Source of the DNA: a bacterium
GTDB lineage: Bacteria > UBA8248 > JACPRG01 > G963555815
DNA: 64,000 bases
Assembly (NCBI GenBank): GCA_965261595.1
Contig: CBDHDG010000004.1
Location: forward strand, 384,001 to 448,000
Direction: 5' to 3'
How positions within the stretch are numbered: position 1 is the stretch's first letter; the number at the start of each line of letters is the position of its first letter. A model generated the notes under the pieces. The model did not search any database and was not told where the DNA came from. It saw only the letters and a list, made by a program, of their open reading frames with translations. Of the stretch, positions 1 to 8,959 are shown piece after piece. The position numbers were made by a program, and so were the translations under genes.

Positions 1-690
1 CTCTACGCCCGGGCGCTGGAGAGAGACCCCGCCTTCGCCGACGCCGCCCTCCGGCGCGCGACGGTGTTGAGTGGCCTGGGCCGGTACGGCGAGGCTCTCG
101 ACCTCAACGCCCGCGCCCTGGCCCTCTACCGTGAAAAGGGCGATGAGAAGAACGTCTCCGCCGTCCTCAACAACATCGCTACGATCCAGTACAGAAAAGG
201 CCTATATGACGAGGCATTGCGGCGGTACGAGGAATCACTCGACATCGGGCGTAGGCTGGGAAACCAGGTGGGAATTGCCGCGACGCTCAACAACATCGGT
301 CTGATCCACGATAGACAAGGCCGGTATGACGAGGCATTGCGGCGGTACGAGGAATCACTCGACATCAAGCGCAGGCTGGGAAACCAGGCGGGAATCGCGA
401 CGACACTCAGCAATATCGGCGAGGTCCACCGAAATCAAGGCCGGTATGACGAGGCATTGCGGCGGTACGAGGAATCAATCGGCATCGACCGCAGGCTGGG
501 AAACCAGGCGGGAATCGCAACGACGCTCAACAACATGGCATTCTTGCGTTACAAGCAGAGAAAGTACGTTGAGGCCCTCAGGTTGCTCTGCCAGACTCTT
601 ACCATCCGGCGCCGGATTGGCGTACCTACGAAGAACACGGAAAAAGGAGTCGAGATCGTAAAAGAGCGCGTTCCGGGCGGGGGGTGTTGA
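1..690 (+). CDS. Tetratricopeptide-repeat protein (5' partial)
   Basis: Frame +1 is open from base 1; 40-aa units of the type GRYDEALRRYEESLDIxRRLGNQAGIATTLxNIG, typical TPR_12-like helical repeats. Confidence 0.9.
   Translation, partial: LYARALERDPAFADAALRRATVLSGLGRYGEALDLNARALALYREKGDEKNVSAVLNNIATIQYRKGLYDEALRRYEESLDIGRRLGNQVGIAATLNNIGLIHDRQGRYDEALRRYEESLDIKRRLGNQAGIATTLSNIGEVHRNQGRYDEALRRYEESIGIDRRLGNQAGIATTLNNMAFLRYKQRKYVEALRLLCQTLTIRRRIGVPTKNTEKGVEIVKERVPGGGC
205..564 (+). repeat. Three 120-nt coding tandem repeats in the TPR gene
   Basis: 33-nt block tatgacgaggcattgcggcggtacgaggaatca is identical at 205, 325 and 445. Confidence 0.95.
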
Positions 691-805
691 TGGGGGGACG
701 AGGCATCATGAATCCCTACGGAAGGGCAGGACGGTTTGGCGTTACGGTTTTCGGTGGTCCGCGATGGGCGGGATGATGAACGGCTTCTCTACCGACACGC
801 ACTAG

Positions 806-1306
806 ATGACGAAACCCCTATCTGCGAGATCCAAACCCTTCCCCCGCCGGAAACGCCTCCGTCTGCTGAATTTCGATTATGCCCAACCCGGCTACGCTTA
901 TTTCCTGACACTGTGCGTCAAGGATTCGCTTCCGGTATTCGGCAACCACGAACTCGCCGCGCGGGTTGTCTCCATCCTCCAGGAGGACCGATCCCGTCGG
1001 GGCATCCGGGTTTTCGCCTATTGCCTCATGCCCGATCACCTTCACCTCGTCGTGTCTCTCGATGGGCGGGGCAAGAGCATCCCGGCATGGCTTGGGGACT
1101 TCAAGAAGCTGACGACAAAAGCGGGTTGGGATTGCGGTCTGGAAGGAGGCTTGTGGCAACGCAGTTTCTATAACCACGTTGTACGGCGTGACGAAAACCT
1201 GGAATCGATCTGCCGGTACGTGTTGGAGAATCCGGTGCGAGCCGGAATGGTCACAAAAACCGACGAATACCCGTTTTCAGGAACGCCGGACCTCATTGCC
1301 CGTTGA
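806..1306 (+). CDS. REP-associated tyrosine transposase (RAYT, Y1 HUH family)
   Basis: RKRLRL..FDY, YFLTLC, YCLMPDHLHL (HUH), WQRSFYNHVVR, YVLENPVRAG motifs; GTAG REPs directly downstream. Confidence 0.9.
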   Translation: MTKPLSARSKPFPRRKRLRLLNFDYAQPGYAYFLTLCVKDSLPVFGNHELAARVVSILQEDRSRRGIRVFAYCLMPDHLHLVVSLDGRGKSIPAWLGDFKKLTTKAGWDCGLEGGLWQRSFYNHVVRRDENLESICRYVLENPVRAGMVTKTDEYPFSGTPDLIAR

Positions 1307-1314
1307 GGGTTTTC

Positions 1315-1386
1315 GGGCCGGTACGGGGACCGGCCCCTACGAGAAACAACGTTGTGTGCCGTAGGGGCGGGTCCCCATACCCGCCC
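1315..1386. repeat. Inverted pair of GTAG-type REP palindromes
   Basis: 1315-1340 (reverse complement gtaggggccggtccccgtaccggccc) and 1361-1386 (gtaggggcgggtccccatacccgccc), each GTAG plus an 8-bp stem. Confidence 0.85.
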
Positions 1387-1503
1387 GCAAAAACGGTCGT
1401 TGCGAATATCCGCTACACTCCGCCGAACATGGCGACCGGTGCGATCCCTGCGGGAAGCGGTGCACGAGACCTTCGGTTGGTGAGAAACACGCGCCGGGCG
1501 AGG

Positions 1504-1728
1504 TCACCCCTTGACCAGCACCAGCCTCCACTCGCCGCCCGAGACCTTCTCGGCCGTCACGGCGTGGCCGGCGCGCTTCGCCCAGCGGGAGATGTTGTCC
1601 ACGGCCAGGGGATAGTCCACGAGGGCGATCAGCCGGTCGCCGCCCGCAAGCCCCTCCATCGCCGACTGGACCTGGAAGAGGGGATCGGGGCAGACCTGTC
1701 CGCGCAGGTCCAGGGTTTGCTCTTTCAT
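1504..1728 (-). CDS. TusA/SirA/YeeD-family sulfur carrier
   Basis: 74 aa, LDLRGQVCPDP (CPxP motif); start overlaps the stop of the upstream YeeE gene. Confidence 0.9.
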   Translation of the reverse strand: MKEQTLDLRGQVCPDPLFQVQSAMEGLAGGDRLIALVDYPLAVDNISRWAKRAGHAVTAEKVSGGEWRLVLVKG

Positions 1729-2726
1729 CCGCTCCGAAGCCTCCTTTGAAAGAACCAATACGTTCCCGCCCAGACCCCCAGGATGGTGAAGACGGTCGAG
1801 ACGACGCTGCTCAGCGCCAGGGCCGAGACCCCCGTGAGGCCGTGGCTGATGTTGCACCCTCCGGCCGTCACGGCCCCGAACCCCATGAGCAGTCCGCCGC
1901 CGAATTGTCCGGCCATCCGCTGGGGGGGAGGCGCACGCCACGAGAGCTCCCCCGAAAGGCGCGCCGCGGCGAACGACCCGAACGGCATCGCCAGGACCAT
2001 GAAGACCGCCCAGTTGATCCCCGAGGCGTCCCCCGCCGTCGCGAACCTCGCCATGAGGGCCGTGGGACCGGTGATCGACAGGCCGTAATGCCGGCCGGTG
2101 AGACCGGACAGGAACCACGCCGGCGCCGCCAGCAGGCCGAGGAGGAGGCCGGTCTTCATCCAGCCCCAGCCGAAGAGCGGGACCTCGCGGGGGATCCGAA
2201 TGGCCCAGACAACTACCGCGACCGCGCCCACGCCCACGATGACCCACGGATGGACGCCCAGGAGGTTCGCCAGGGTGGGGACCTGGCCGCCAATCTCGAT
2301 CTCCGACCCCGTCCCCCCCCGGACCCAGAGCCGCACGGGCCGCAGGACCCCCCAGACCGTCGCCGCCGCCGCCAGGCCGAACCCCAGAAGCGCCACGAAC
2401 GAGCCCACCATCCCTTCCCCCACACGGCTCCACGTCCCGCTCGAACACCCGCCCGCCAGGGTCATCCCGATCCCGAAGACGAGCCCGCCCACGACCGCCG
2501 CCCGCCAGTAGAAAGGGACGCGCCACATCTCGAGCAGGCCCAGGGAGGCCCCGAGGTGAATGAGAACGGCCTGGACGGCTACGGCCAGCAGGTACGCCCG
2601 CAAGAGCGTCGCGTCCCCGGCGAACCGGACGGCCCGGAAGGCCGAGTTCATGCAGAACCGGCCGCGCTGGAGGATGATCCCGAAGAGAAACCCGACCGGC
2701 AGGCCGAGGGCGATTTGAAGGGCCAT
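1725..2726 (-). CDS. YeeE/YedE-family sulfur (thiosulfate) transporter
   Basis: QRGRFC, GMTLAGGCSSG and GGCNISH motifs; many hydrophobic segments. Confidence 0.9.
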   Translation of the reverse strand: MALQIALGLPVGFLFGIILQRGRFCMNSAFRAVRFAGDATLLRAYLLAVAVQAVLIHLGASLGLLEMWRVPFYWRAAVVGGLVFGIGMTLAGGCSSGTWSRVGEGMVGSFVALLGFGLAAAATVWGVLRPVRLWVRGGTGSEIEIGGQVPTLANLLGVHPWVIVGVGAVAVVVWAIRIPREVPLFGWGWMKTGLLLGLLAAPAWFLSGLTGRHYGLSITGPTALMARFATAGDASGINWAVFMVLAMPFGSFAAARLSGELSWRAPPPQRMAGQFGGGLLMGFGAVTAGGCNISHGLTGVSALALSSVVSTVFTILGVWAGTYWFFQRRLRSG

Positions 2727-2734
2727 GAAACGGA

Positions 2735-3373
2735 TTACTCGATGACCGGATGCCCGGCCTTGAACCACGCGCCGAAGCCTTCGGCGACGCTGGACGCCCG
2801 GGCGTATCCCCGGCCGGCAAAGAGCGCGGCGGCCGTCGCGCTCCGGAGGCCCTGCTCGCAGATGAAGACCAGATCCCGGTCTTTGGAGAATTCCCCGATC
2901 CGGCCCAAGAGGTCTCCCAGGGAGACGAGGCGCGCGCCTTCGATGACGCCGAGGCCCCACTCGAACGGCTCCCGGACGTCGACCAGCTCGAAGGCGGCCC
3001 GGTTCTCGCTCCAACTCTCGTGAAGCGCCTCGACGGAGATCAGGCCGAGGGGCTCGACCGGCTTCCCGGCGGCCGCCCAGGCGTCCATCCCGCCCGCAAG
3101 GCGGCCAAGGACGTCATACCCCCCGGCAGAGTCGAACCAGCCGCCCGCCTGCCGGACCCGGTCCTCCTCCCCGATGAGGACAACGCGGGAGGGAGCGGGC
3201 GCGACGGCGGGAACGTGCTTCGGGATGCTCCGCGCGCTGAAGGCGATGAAGATCGCCCCGGGAATTCTGGCCTCGCAATATGGGCCGAGGTCCCTGAAAT
3301 CCAGGAGGACGGCCCCCCGCTCGGCGGCCTCTGAAACCTCATCGGGGTCCAGAGGCCGGAGTCCTTCGCTCAT
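2735..3373 (-). CDS. Tandem-domain rhodanese-like sulfurtransferase
   Basis: LLDFR..Y...RIPGA, LAGGMDAW, LVDVREPFEW, active-site loop ICEQGLRS. Confidence 0.85.
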   Translation of the reverse strand: MSEGLRPLDPDEVSEAAERGAVLLDFRDLGPYCEARIPGAIFIAFSARSIPKHVPAVAPAPSRVVLIGEEDRVRQAGGWFDSAGGYDVLGRLAGGMDAWAAAGKPVEPLGLISVEALHESWSENRAAFELVDVREPFEWGLGVIEGARLVSLGDLLGRIGEFSKDRDLVFICEQGLRSATAAALFAGRGYARASSVAEGFGAWFKAGHPVIE

Positions 3374-3406
3374 GTCGTTCCCCTCCCGCCCAGTGGATAA
3401 CACATC

Positions 3407-3597
3407 CTTTTTTTATCCACAGATTACACAGATTACGCAGATTTTAAAGGCTGACCCAAGGAAAAAAATCTCTGTAGTCTATGGATCGATCAAGACGGAT
3501 TGCCATCGACGGATTGACACAAGAAAGGCATCCTTAAGGGTGTAATCATCTTCCCTTTTTCCTCTGTGCAATCTGTGTAATCTGTGGATAAAAAAAG
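3407..3597. repeat. 191-bp element bounded by a perfect 28-bp inverted repeat (MITE-like)
   Basis: ctttttttatccacagattacacagatt at 3407-3434 and its reverse complement at 3570-3597; AT-rich interior. Confidence 0.8.
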
Positions 3598-3612
3598 AAG
3601 TTCGTCCGTCCC

Positions 3613-3888
3613 CTATGCGACATGGGCGATCGACGCCGGGGGGAACGCCCCCAGGGCGTAGATGGTGTAGGTCTCGATGGGGGCCAGGGGGTTTCCGTTC
3701 AGAAGTTTCATGAGCTCTTCATGTGATGCCACCTCGAAGATGGAGGCGTAACCCTTCAGCCCGACGATGGGGTGAATCTTCGCTTTTCCCCTTGCTTCCA
3801 GCAAGGAAAAATACTCCACTCACCCCTGGATGTCGGCGCCCTTGGGCATCAGTGCGGGCGGCTCGTTGATGACGAGAAACTTCGGCAT
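3613..3888 (-). CDS. Small DUF3303/muconolactone-isomerase-like protein with in-frame UGA at codon 23 (putative selenoprotein, or pseudogene)
   Basis: AAGGAG RBS, ATG at 3888; TGA at 3820-3822; frame continues 68 codons and aligns with paralog 3921-4226, which has Cys23. Confidence 0.65.
3784..3810 (-). promoter_or_regulatory. Candidate bacterial SECIS hairpin
   Basis: mRNA reads UGA gug gag uau uuuuCCUUGCU gga AGCAAGG ggaaaa; G-starting apical loop lies 20 nt after UGA. Confidence 0.5.
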
Positions 3889-3920
3889 GGCGGCGTTCTC
3901 CTTTGGATGATTCAAACAGA

Positions 3921-4226
3921 TCAGGGAAGGTTGAACTCGAAGCCGATGGCCTCCATGGCCTTCCGCTCCCCTTCCAGCGTTCCGAGCGCGTACACTTGGT
4001 ACGTTCCCCACCGGCCCAGTGGGTTTTTGAAAAGCTCGGCCATCAAATCGTCGTGGCTCTCTACGTCGATCAGGATGGCGAACCCGTATCCGTCATCCTC
4101 GACGAGGGTGTGGATCTCCGCGTTTCTCTTCTCTTTCAACCCTTCGAGGTGCTCGATACACCCCTGGATGTTGACGCCCTCGGGCAGGGGCTTGGCCGGG
4201 CGGGCGAGGACCAGGAATTTGTTCAT
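3921..4226 (-). CDS. Small DUF3303/muconolactone-isomerase-like protein (Cys paralog)
   Basis: MNKFLV...GFAILIDVESHDDLMAELFKNPL...YQVYAL pattern; paralog of the adjacent gene. Confidence 0.65.
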   Translation of the reverse strand: MNKFLVLARPAKPLPEGVNIQGCIEHLEGLKEKRNAEIHTLVEDDGYGFAILIDVESHDDLMAELFKNPLGRWGTYQVYALGTLEGERKAMEAIGFEFNLP

Positions 4227-4303
4227 GTCCGATGCTCCGTTTCAAGCCGCCAAAAGCGGTCTGTTCAAGTTCCGCGGCCGGATGAGGGATATCTTCCCGG
4301 GGC

Positions 4304-5926
4304 TCAGAAGGTGTAAACACGCTCCCCCGTTTCCCCCGCCTCCGACCGCCGCCTCAGCTCGTTCCGCTTGATCTTACCAGATGTCGTTTTGGGGAGCGCC
4401 TCCAAAAACTCGATGACCTTCGGGGCCTTGTACGGAGCGATGCGCCTGCGGAGCAGGTCCCGGAGCGCGCGGGCCATCGCCGCGTCCGGATCCTGTCCGG
4501 GCTTCAGGACGACACAGGCCTTGACCCGCTGGCCCATCTCGGCATCCGCGACCCCGATGACGCCGGCCTCCAGAACGCCGGGGTGCTCCATACAGGTCTC
4601 CTCGACCTCTTTGGGGGAGATCAGGTAGCCGCGGCTCTTGATCAGGTCGTCGGTCCGGCTCACGTACCAGAAATAGCCCGCTTCGTCGAAGGAACCCAGG
4701 TCCCCCGTGTAATACCAGCCGCCGACGTGGTTCTCGGCCCACTTCTCCGGCATCTTCCGGTACTCGATGAAAAGCCCCGGACCGTCCTCCCGAATGGCGA
4801 CCCGCCCCACTTCGTCCGCCGGAACCGGGCGGCCGTCGTCGCCGTGAATCTCAACGACCCCTCCGGGAAAGACCTTCCCCGCCGAGCCCGGCTTGATGGG
4901 CTCGCCCGCGAGGCTGCCGCAAAACTTCTGCGACTCCGAGACGCCGATCCCATCCAGGATGTCGCAGCCGAACCGCTCCTTCCATTCCCGGTAGGTCTCC
5001 GGCGGCAGGGTCTCACCCGAGCTGTCGCAAAGCCGGAGAGCGCTCAGGTCATGCTCCTTCTCGGCCCCTTCGACGGCCAGCATCATCCGGTAGGCCGTGG
5101 GGACGGCGGCGAGGACGGTGATCCGGTTCTCTGCGACGACCCGGAAGGCCTCGGCGGGTCTGAAGCGCTCGGGGTGGATGAACACAGGCGTTCCGCAAAA
5201 GAGGGGATACAGGAGACCGTGCCCCCAGGCGTAGACGAAGCTGAATTCGGCCGGGTGCCAGCAGAGGTCGTCCGGGCGGAGCTTCAGGACCAGCTTCCCG
5301 ATGGGGTCGCCGGTGCCGATGAGCCAGCGGTGCGTATGGACAATCCCCTTGGGCAGGCCGGTTGTCCCCGAGGTGTACGCCATGAACGCCTCGTCCTCGG
5401 CGGAGGTCTGTATCGCGTCCACATCGAGGGGCTCGGCCGAGGCCAAGGAGGCGAACGGGAGCATCCCCGGTCCATCGCCGCCGAACAGGATGATGTGCTT
5501 CAGCGCCGGGCAGTCGGGCAGGACCTTCTCGACGCCCTCCATCCGGTCCGGGGTGGTCAGGACGGCCTTGGCGTCGGAATTGTCGATGACGTGCCGAAGC
5601 TCCCGCGGACCGAGCAGAGAGCTGCTCAGGACAGGGACGGCCCCGATCCGCAATCCCGCGAGGGCCGCGACGACATAATCCGGGTGGTTGTGGGAGCGGA
5701 GGATGAAGGTGTCCCCGCGCCCGATGCCGAGGTCGCGAAACGATCGGGCGCAACGCCGCATCCGGTCATCGAGCGCTCCGAACGAGATCTTCTCCGAACC
5801 GTAAACGAGGGCCGTCTCACCCCCCCTCCCCTCCGCCACCCACCGGCCGCAGACGGCGTGGGCCATGTTGAATCGGGTCGGAATCTTCAGATAGTCCGGC
5901 GGGAGGGGAACGTCCCAATTACCCAT
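4304..5926 (-). CDS. Acyl-/aryl-CoA ligase (AMP-binding, benzoate-CoA ligase-like)
   Basis: YTSGTTGLPKG, YYTGDLG, RTDDLIK, LPKTTSGKI motifs. Confidence 0.92.
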   Translation of the reverse strand: MGNWDVPLPPDYLKIPTRFNMAHAVCGRWVAEGRGGETALVYGSEKISFGALDDRMRRCARSFRDLGIGRGDTFILRSHNHPDYVVAALAGLRIGAVPVLSSSLLGPRELRHVIDNSDAKAVLTTPDRMEGVEKVLPDCPALKHIILFGGDGPGMLPFASLASAEPLDVDAIQTSAEDEAFMAYTSGTTGLPKGIVHTHRWLIGTGDPIGKLVLKLRPDDLCWHPAEFSFVYAWGHGLLYPLFCGTPVFIHPERFRPAEAFRVVAENRITVLAAVPTAYRMMLAVEGAEKEHDLSALRLCDSSGETLPPETYREWKERFGCDILDGIGVSESQKFCGSLAGEPIKPGSAGKVFPGGVVEIHGDDGRPVPADEVGRVAIREDGPGLFIEYRKMPEKWAENHVGGWYYTGDLGSFDEAGYFWYVSRTDDLIKSRGYLISPKEVEETCMEHPGVLEAGVIGVADAEMGQRVKACVVLKPGQDPDAAMARALRDLLRRRIAPYKAPKVIEFLEALPKTTSGKIKRNELRRRSEAGETGERVYTF

Positions 5927-5995
5927 CCAGGCGCCCTTTCATGGACAAACGCAACGCAAACCGAAACCGCCGGGGGGGGGGGGCAATCGCTTGGG

Positions 5996-6433
5996 TCACT
6001 TCGCCCGTTCCCAAATCAGGACGCTGGTGGTCTCTCCCCCTCCATAAACGAGCGATGGCGTGCTCAGCTTCAATCGGCCGTCCGAGAACTCGAAAAACCG
6101 GACCTGTTCTCCGCCGATCCAGTTGGGGAAGAGGCTGGTCTCGACGCGATGGAGGACGCAGGCGTCGTCTTCCCGAACCTCATAGGTTCCGGAATAAGCG
6201 ATGTAGCCTTCGAACGCGGCGCGAACCTCTTCGGATTCGCCTTTCAGCATATCGCCCGAAGCGAAAGCCGGACGGTCCCGGCGCATGATCTGCACGGACA
6301 TCCGGCCGTCGGCGTCATAGATCACCCGGCCCACGGCATCCTCGCCCAAGGGGGTGATGACTCGGCCGTCCGACAGGCGCGCCTCAAAGGAAACAAGGTC
6401 CCACACACCCACGAAAGATTGCTTGGCGCCCAT
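5996..6433 (-). CDS. Lipocalin-like domain protein
   Basis: FVGVWDLVS, GRVIYDADGRMS, YIAYSGTY, PNWIGGEQVR, LIWER pattern. Confidence 0.8.
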   Translation of the reverse strand: MGAKQSFVGVWDLVSFEARLSDGRVITPLGEDAVGRVIYDADGRMSVQIMRRDRPAFASGDMLKGESEEVRAAFEGYIAYSGTYEVREDDACVLHRVETSLFPNWIGGEQVRFFEFSDGRLKLSTPSLVYGGGETTSVLIWERAK

Positions 6434-6603
6434 TCCGGCTTCCCCCTCCTCCCCTCCCCCCCCCCTCTTTCAGAGCGCGCGACGCGGCGATTCATTCGGG
6501 ATCGCCCGACCGTCGACCTCAATCACCGCGTCGTCACACGCGTCCTCCAGCGAGGGATGTGGAATTGTAAAGAATGACAGCGGACCCTGTAAAGGATGCG
6601 GCG

Positions 6604-7560
6604 TCAGCCCCGATTTTCGGAAAGGCACCGGACGAGCGAGTCGGTCAGCCTCCGCATCAAAGCAAAATATTGCCCCGGCCCGGCTTGGAGGTCCGCGCCC
6701 AAAGGGTCGAGGACGGCCGCCCTCACGCCCGCGCCGGCCACAACCGTCCGGACAAGCGACAACCTGAATTGCGGCTCGGCGAACACGCAGACGACGCCCA
6801 GCCGCCGGACCCTGGCCCGGATCTCGAAAATTCGCCTCGCCCCGGGTCTTCGCTCGGGAGAAACCGTGAGCGAGCCCGCCACGTTCAATCCGTACCGATC
6901 CTCGAAATACCGGTAGGCGTCGTGGAACACAATATACGGGACGGCCGCCACCGGGCCGAGCCGAGACCGGATCTCTTCGTCCAGGGCGTGGAGCCGCCGA
7001 ATCATCGTCCGGCCGTTTTCCTGGTATCGGCGCCCGCGACGGGGATCGGCGCGGCCCAACACTTCCACAATCTCCCGGACCATGGCCCGCGCGTTCACCG
7101 GGTCGAGCCAAACATGGGGGTCGAATGGCCCCGCTCGGCGCTTCCCTCCCTCCCCCTTCTCTCCCCCCCCCCAGGCCCCGCCCTTCCGGACGGCCAGCCG
7201 GACCAGACGTCCGGTCTTCGCAAACTCGATGATGCGCGCCCTCGTGGACAGGACCTTCAGGGGTTTACGCAGAAAAGTCTCGAACGTCTCTCCCACCCAG
7301 ATCACCACATCCGCCCGCAGCAGCGCGCGCGCGTCGGAGGGGCGGAGGGAATAAGTGTGCGGCGAGGCCGCCCCCCGGACCAGGAGGCGCGGGACGCCGA
7401 CGCCCTCCATCACGCCCGCGGCCAGCGCGTGAAGCGGCCTGACGCTTACGACCACCCTGGGCGCGCCTTCACCGGCCCACGCGGGACTTCCCGGGAATTG
7501 GACCAACCCACACACAACCCCAATCAACGCGGCAACCCACTTCCCCGAGTCTATCGCCAT
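6604..7560 (-). CDS. znuA: Zinc ABC transporter substrate-binding protein
   Basis: ASPHTYSLRPSD, DPHVWLDP, FHDAYRYFE, CVFAEPQF; divergent from zur-znuCB. Confidence 0.92.
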   Translation of the reverse strand: MAIDSGKWVAALIGVVCGLVQFPGSPAWAGEGAPRVVVSVRPLHALAAGVMEGVGVPRLLVRGAASPHTYSLRPSDARALLRADVVIWVGETFETFLRKPLKVLSTRARIIEFAKTGRLVRLAVRKGGAWGGGEKGEGGKRRAGPFDPHVWLDPVNARAMVREIVEVLGRADPRRGRRYQENGRTMIRRLHALDEEIRSRLGPVAAVPYIVFHDAYRYFEDRYGLNVAGSLTVSPERRPGARRIFEIRARVRRLGVVCVFAEPQFRLSLVRTVVAGAGVRAAVLDPLGADLQAGPGQYFALMRRLTDSLVRCLSENRG

Positions 7561-7608
7561 CGCCGGACGGGTCTCCCTATCGGGATGAAATTCGACTTAT
7601 CTCCGATC

Positions 7609-7625
7609 ATGCAATATTATAACAT
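7609..7625. promoter_or_regulatory. Zur box
   Basis: atgcaatattataacat matches the ATGTTATAnTATAACAT palindrome, between znuA and zur. Confidence 0.75.
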
Positions 7626-7671
7626 TAAATAACCGGCTTGTTTTTCGCAAGTCTTATAAGGTCTGAACGCC

Positions 7672-8163
7672 ATGAACGACCCGCAAAAAGAAGACGCGTT
7701 CCTCTCCCGAAACCACGATCACAGGCTTTGCGTGAGCGGCGCCCTCCAGAGCGCCGAGGAGGTCTGCACCCGCCGGGGCGCCCGGCTGACGGCCCTGCGG
7801 CGGCGGGTCCTGGAGCTGGTGTGGGACAGCCACGCCCCCGTCGGGGCGTACGACATCCTGGAGCGGCTCTTTTCCCTGGGCCGCAGGGCCGCGCCGATCA
7901 CCGTCTATCGCGCCCTGGATTTCCTCATGGATCACGGACTGGTCCACCGCCTCGCCAGCCTGAACGCCTACGTCGGGTGCGGGTCCTCGGGCGCGCCGCA
8001 CAACGCCCAGTTCCTCATCTGCAAGGCGTGCGGGACGGCGGCCGAGCTGAACGACGCGCGGATCGACCGGGCCATCGCCCGGGGCGCCGCCCGGACGGGC
8101 TTCACGGTGGGCGGGTCGGTCGTGGAGATCCGGGGCCTGTGCCCGGACTGCGGCGGAAACTGA
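7672..8163 (+). CDS. zur: Fur-family zinc uptake regulator
   Basis: RLTALRRRVLEL, TVYRALDFL, two CxxC motifs; znu context. Confidence 0.92.
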   Translation: MNDPQKEDAFLSRNHDHRLCVSGALQSAEEVCTRRGARLTALRRRVLELVWDSHAPVGAYDILERLFSLGRRAAPITVYRALDFLMDHGLVHRLASLNAYVGCGSSGAPHNAQFLICKACGTAAELNDARIDRAIARGAARTGFTVGGSVVEIRGLCPDCGGN

Positions 8164-8170
8164 GGCCGGA

Positions 8171-8959
8171 ATGACCCCTGATCAAAATTCAGATCCTCTC
8201 ATCGAAGCCCGGGGGCTCGACCTCCATTTCGGACGCCAGTCCGTCCTGAGCCACGTGGACGTCTCGGTGAGCCCGGGCGAGATTGTGACGCTCATCGGGC
8301 CCAACGGGGCCGGGAAAACGACGCTCGTCCGCATCCTGCTCGGCCTCATCAAGCCGGACGCCGGCACCGTCCGGCGGCGTCCGGGCCTCGTCGTGGGCTA
8401 CCTGCCCCAGCGCTTCGCCATCGACCCGGTCGTCCCCCTGACGGTCAGGCGGCTCCTCGGGTTAACGCGCCGCGCGACCCCGGAGGCCATGGCCCGGGTC
8501 CTCGACGAAGTGGGCGCGGAGCGTCTGATCGACCAGTCGGCGCCCGACCTCTCGGGCGGCGAGCTGCGGCGCGTCCTCCTGGCGCGCGCGCTCCTGCGCG
8601 AGCCCGACCTGCTCGTCCTCGACGAGCCGGTCCAAGGAGTGGACGTAACGGGGCAGCTCGAGTTGTACGAGCTCATCTCCCGCATCCGGGCGCGCCGTGG
8701 ATGCGGGGCCTTCATGGTCTCCCACGACCTGCACGTCGTGATGGCCGCGACCGACCGGGTGATCTGCCTCAACCGTCACATCTGCTGCTCGGGACGGCCG
8801 GAAACCGTGAGCCGGCACCCGGAGTACGAGGCCCTGTTCGGCGCGGCGGCGCGCAACCTGGCCGTCTATATCCACGCGCACGACCATCACCACGACCTGG
8901 CCGGCGAGGTGGTCCATGAAGGGTCCGAGGCCGGGGCGTCCGGAGGCCCGGAAGAATGA
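8171..8959 (+). CDS. znuC: Zinc ABC transporter ATPase
   Basis: GPNGAGKT, LSGGE, LVLDEP, His-rich tail. Confidence 0.92.
   Translation: MTPDQNSDPLIEARGLDLHFGRQSVLSHVDVSVSPGEIVTLIGPNGAGKTTLVRILLGLIKPDAGTVRRRPGLVVGYLPQRFAIDPVVPLTVRRLLGLTRRATPEAMARVLDEVGAERLIDQSAPDLSGGELRRVLLARALLREPDLLVLDEPVQGVDVTGQLELYELISRIRARRGCGAFMVSHDLHVVMAATDRVICLNRHICCSGRPETVSRHPEYEALFGAAARNLAVYIHAHDHHHDLAGEVVHEGSEAGASGGPEE

Noticed and set aside
205..564. CRISPR array or DGR template/variable repeat in the TPR gene
   Set aside because: Period is 120 nt, in frame and coding; the intervening parts are homologous to each other; no cas or reverse transcriptase gene in the window
4583..6577. Long antisense ORFs (also 15801-17345, 25662-27332, 28648-30384, 57854-60598)
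   Set aside because: Shadow frames of real genes in high-GC DNA with no recognisable motifs
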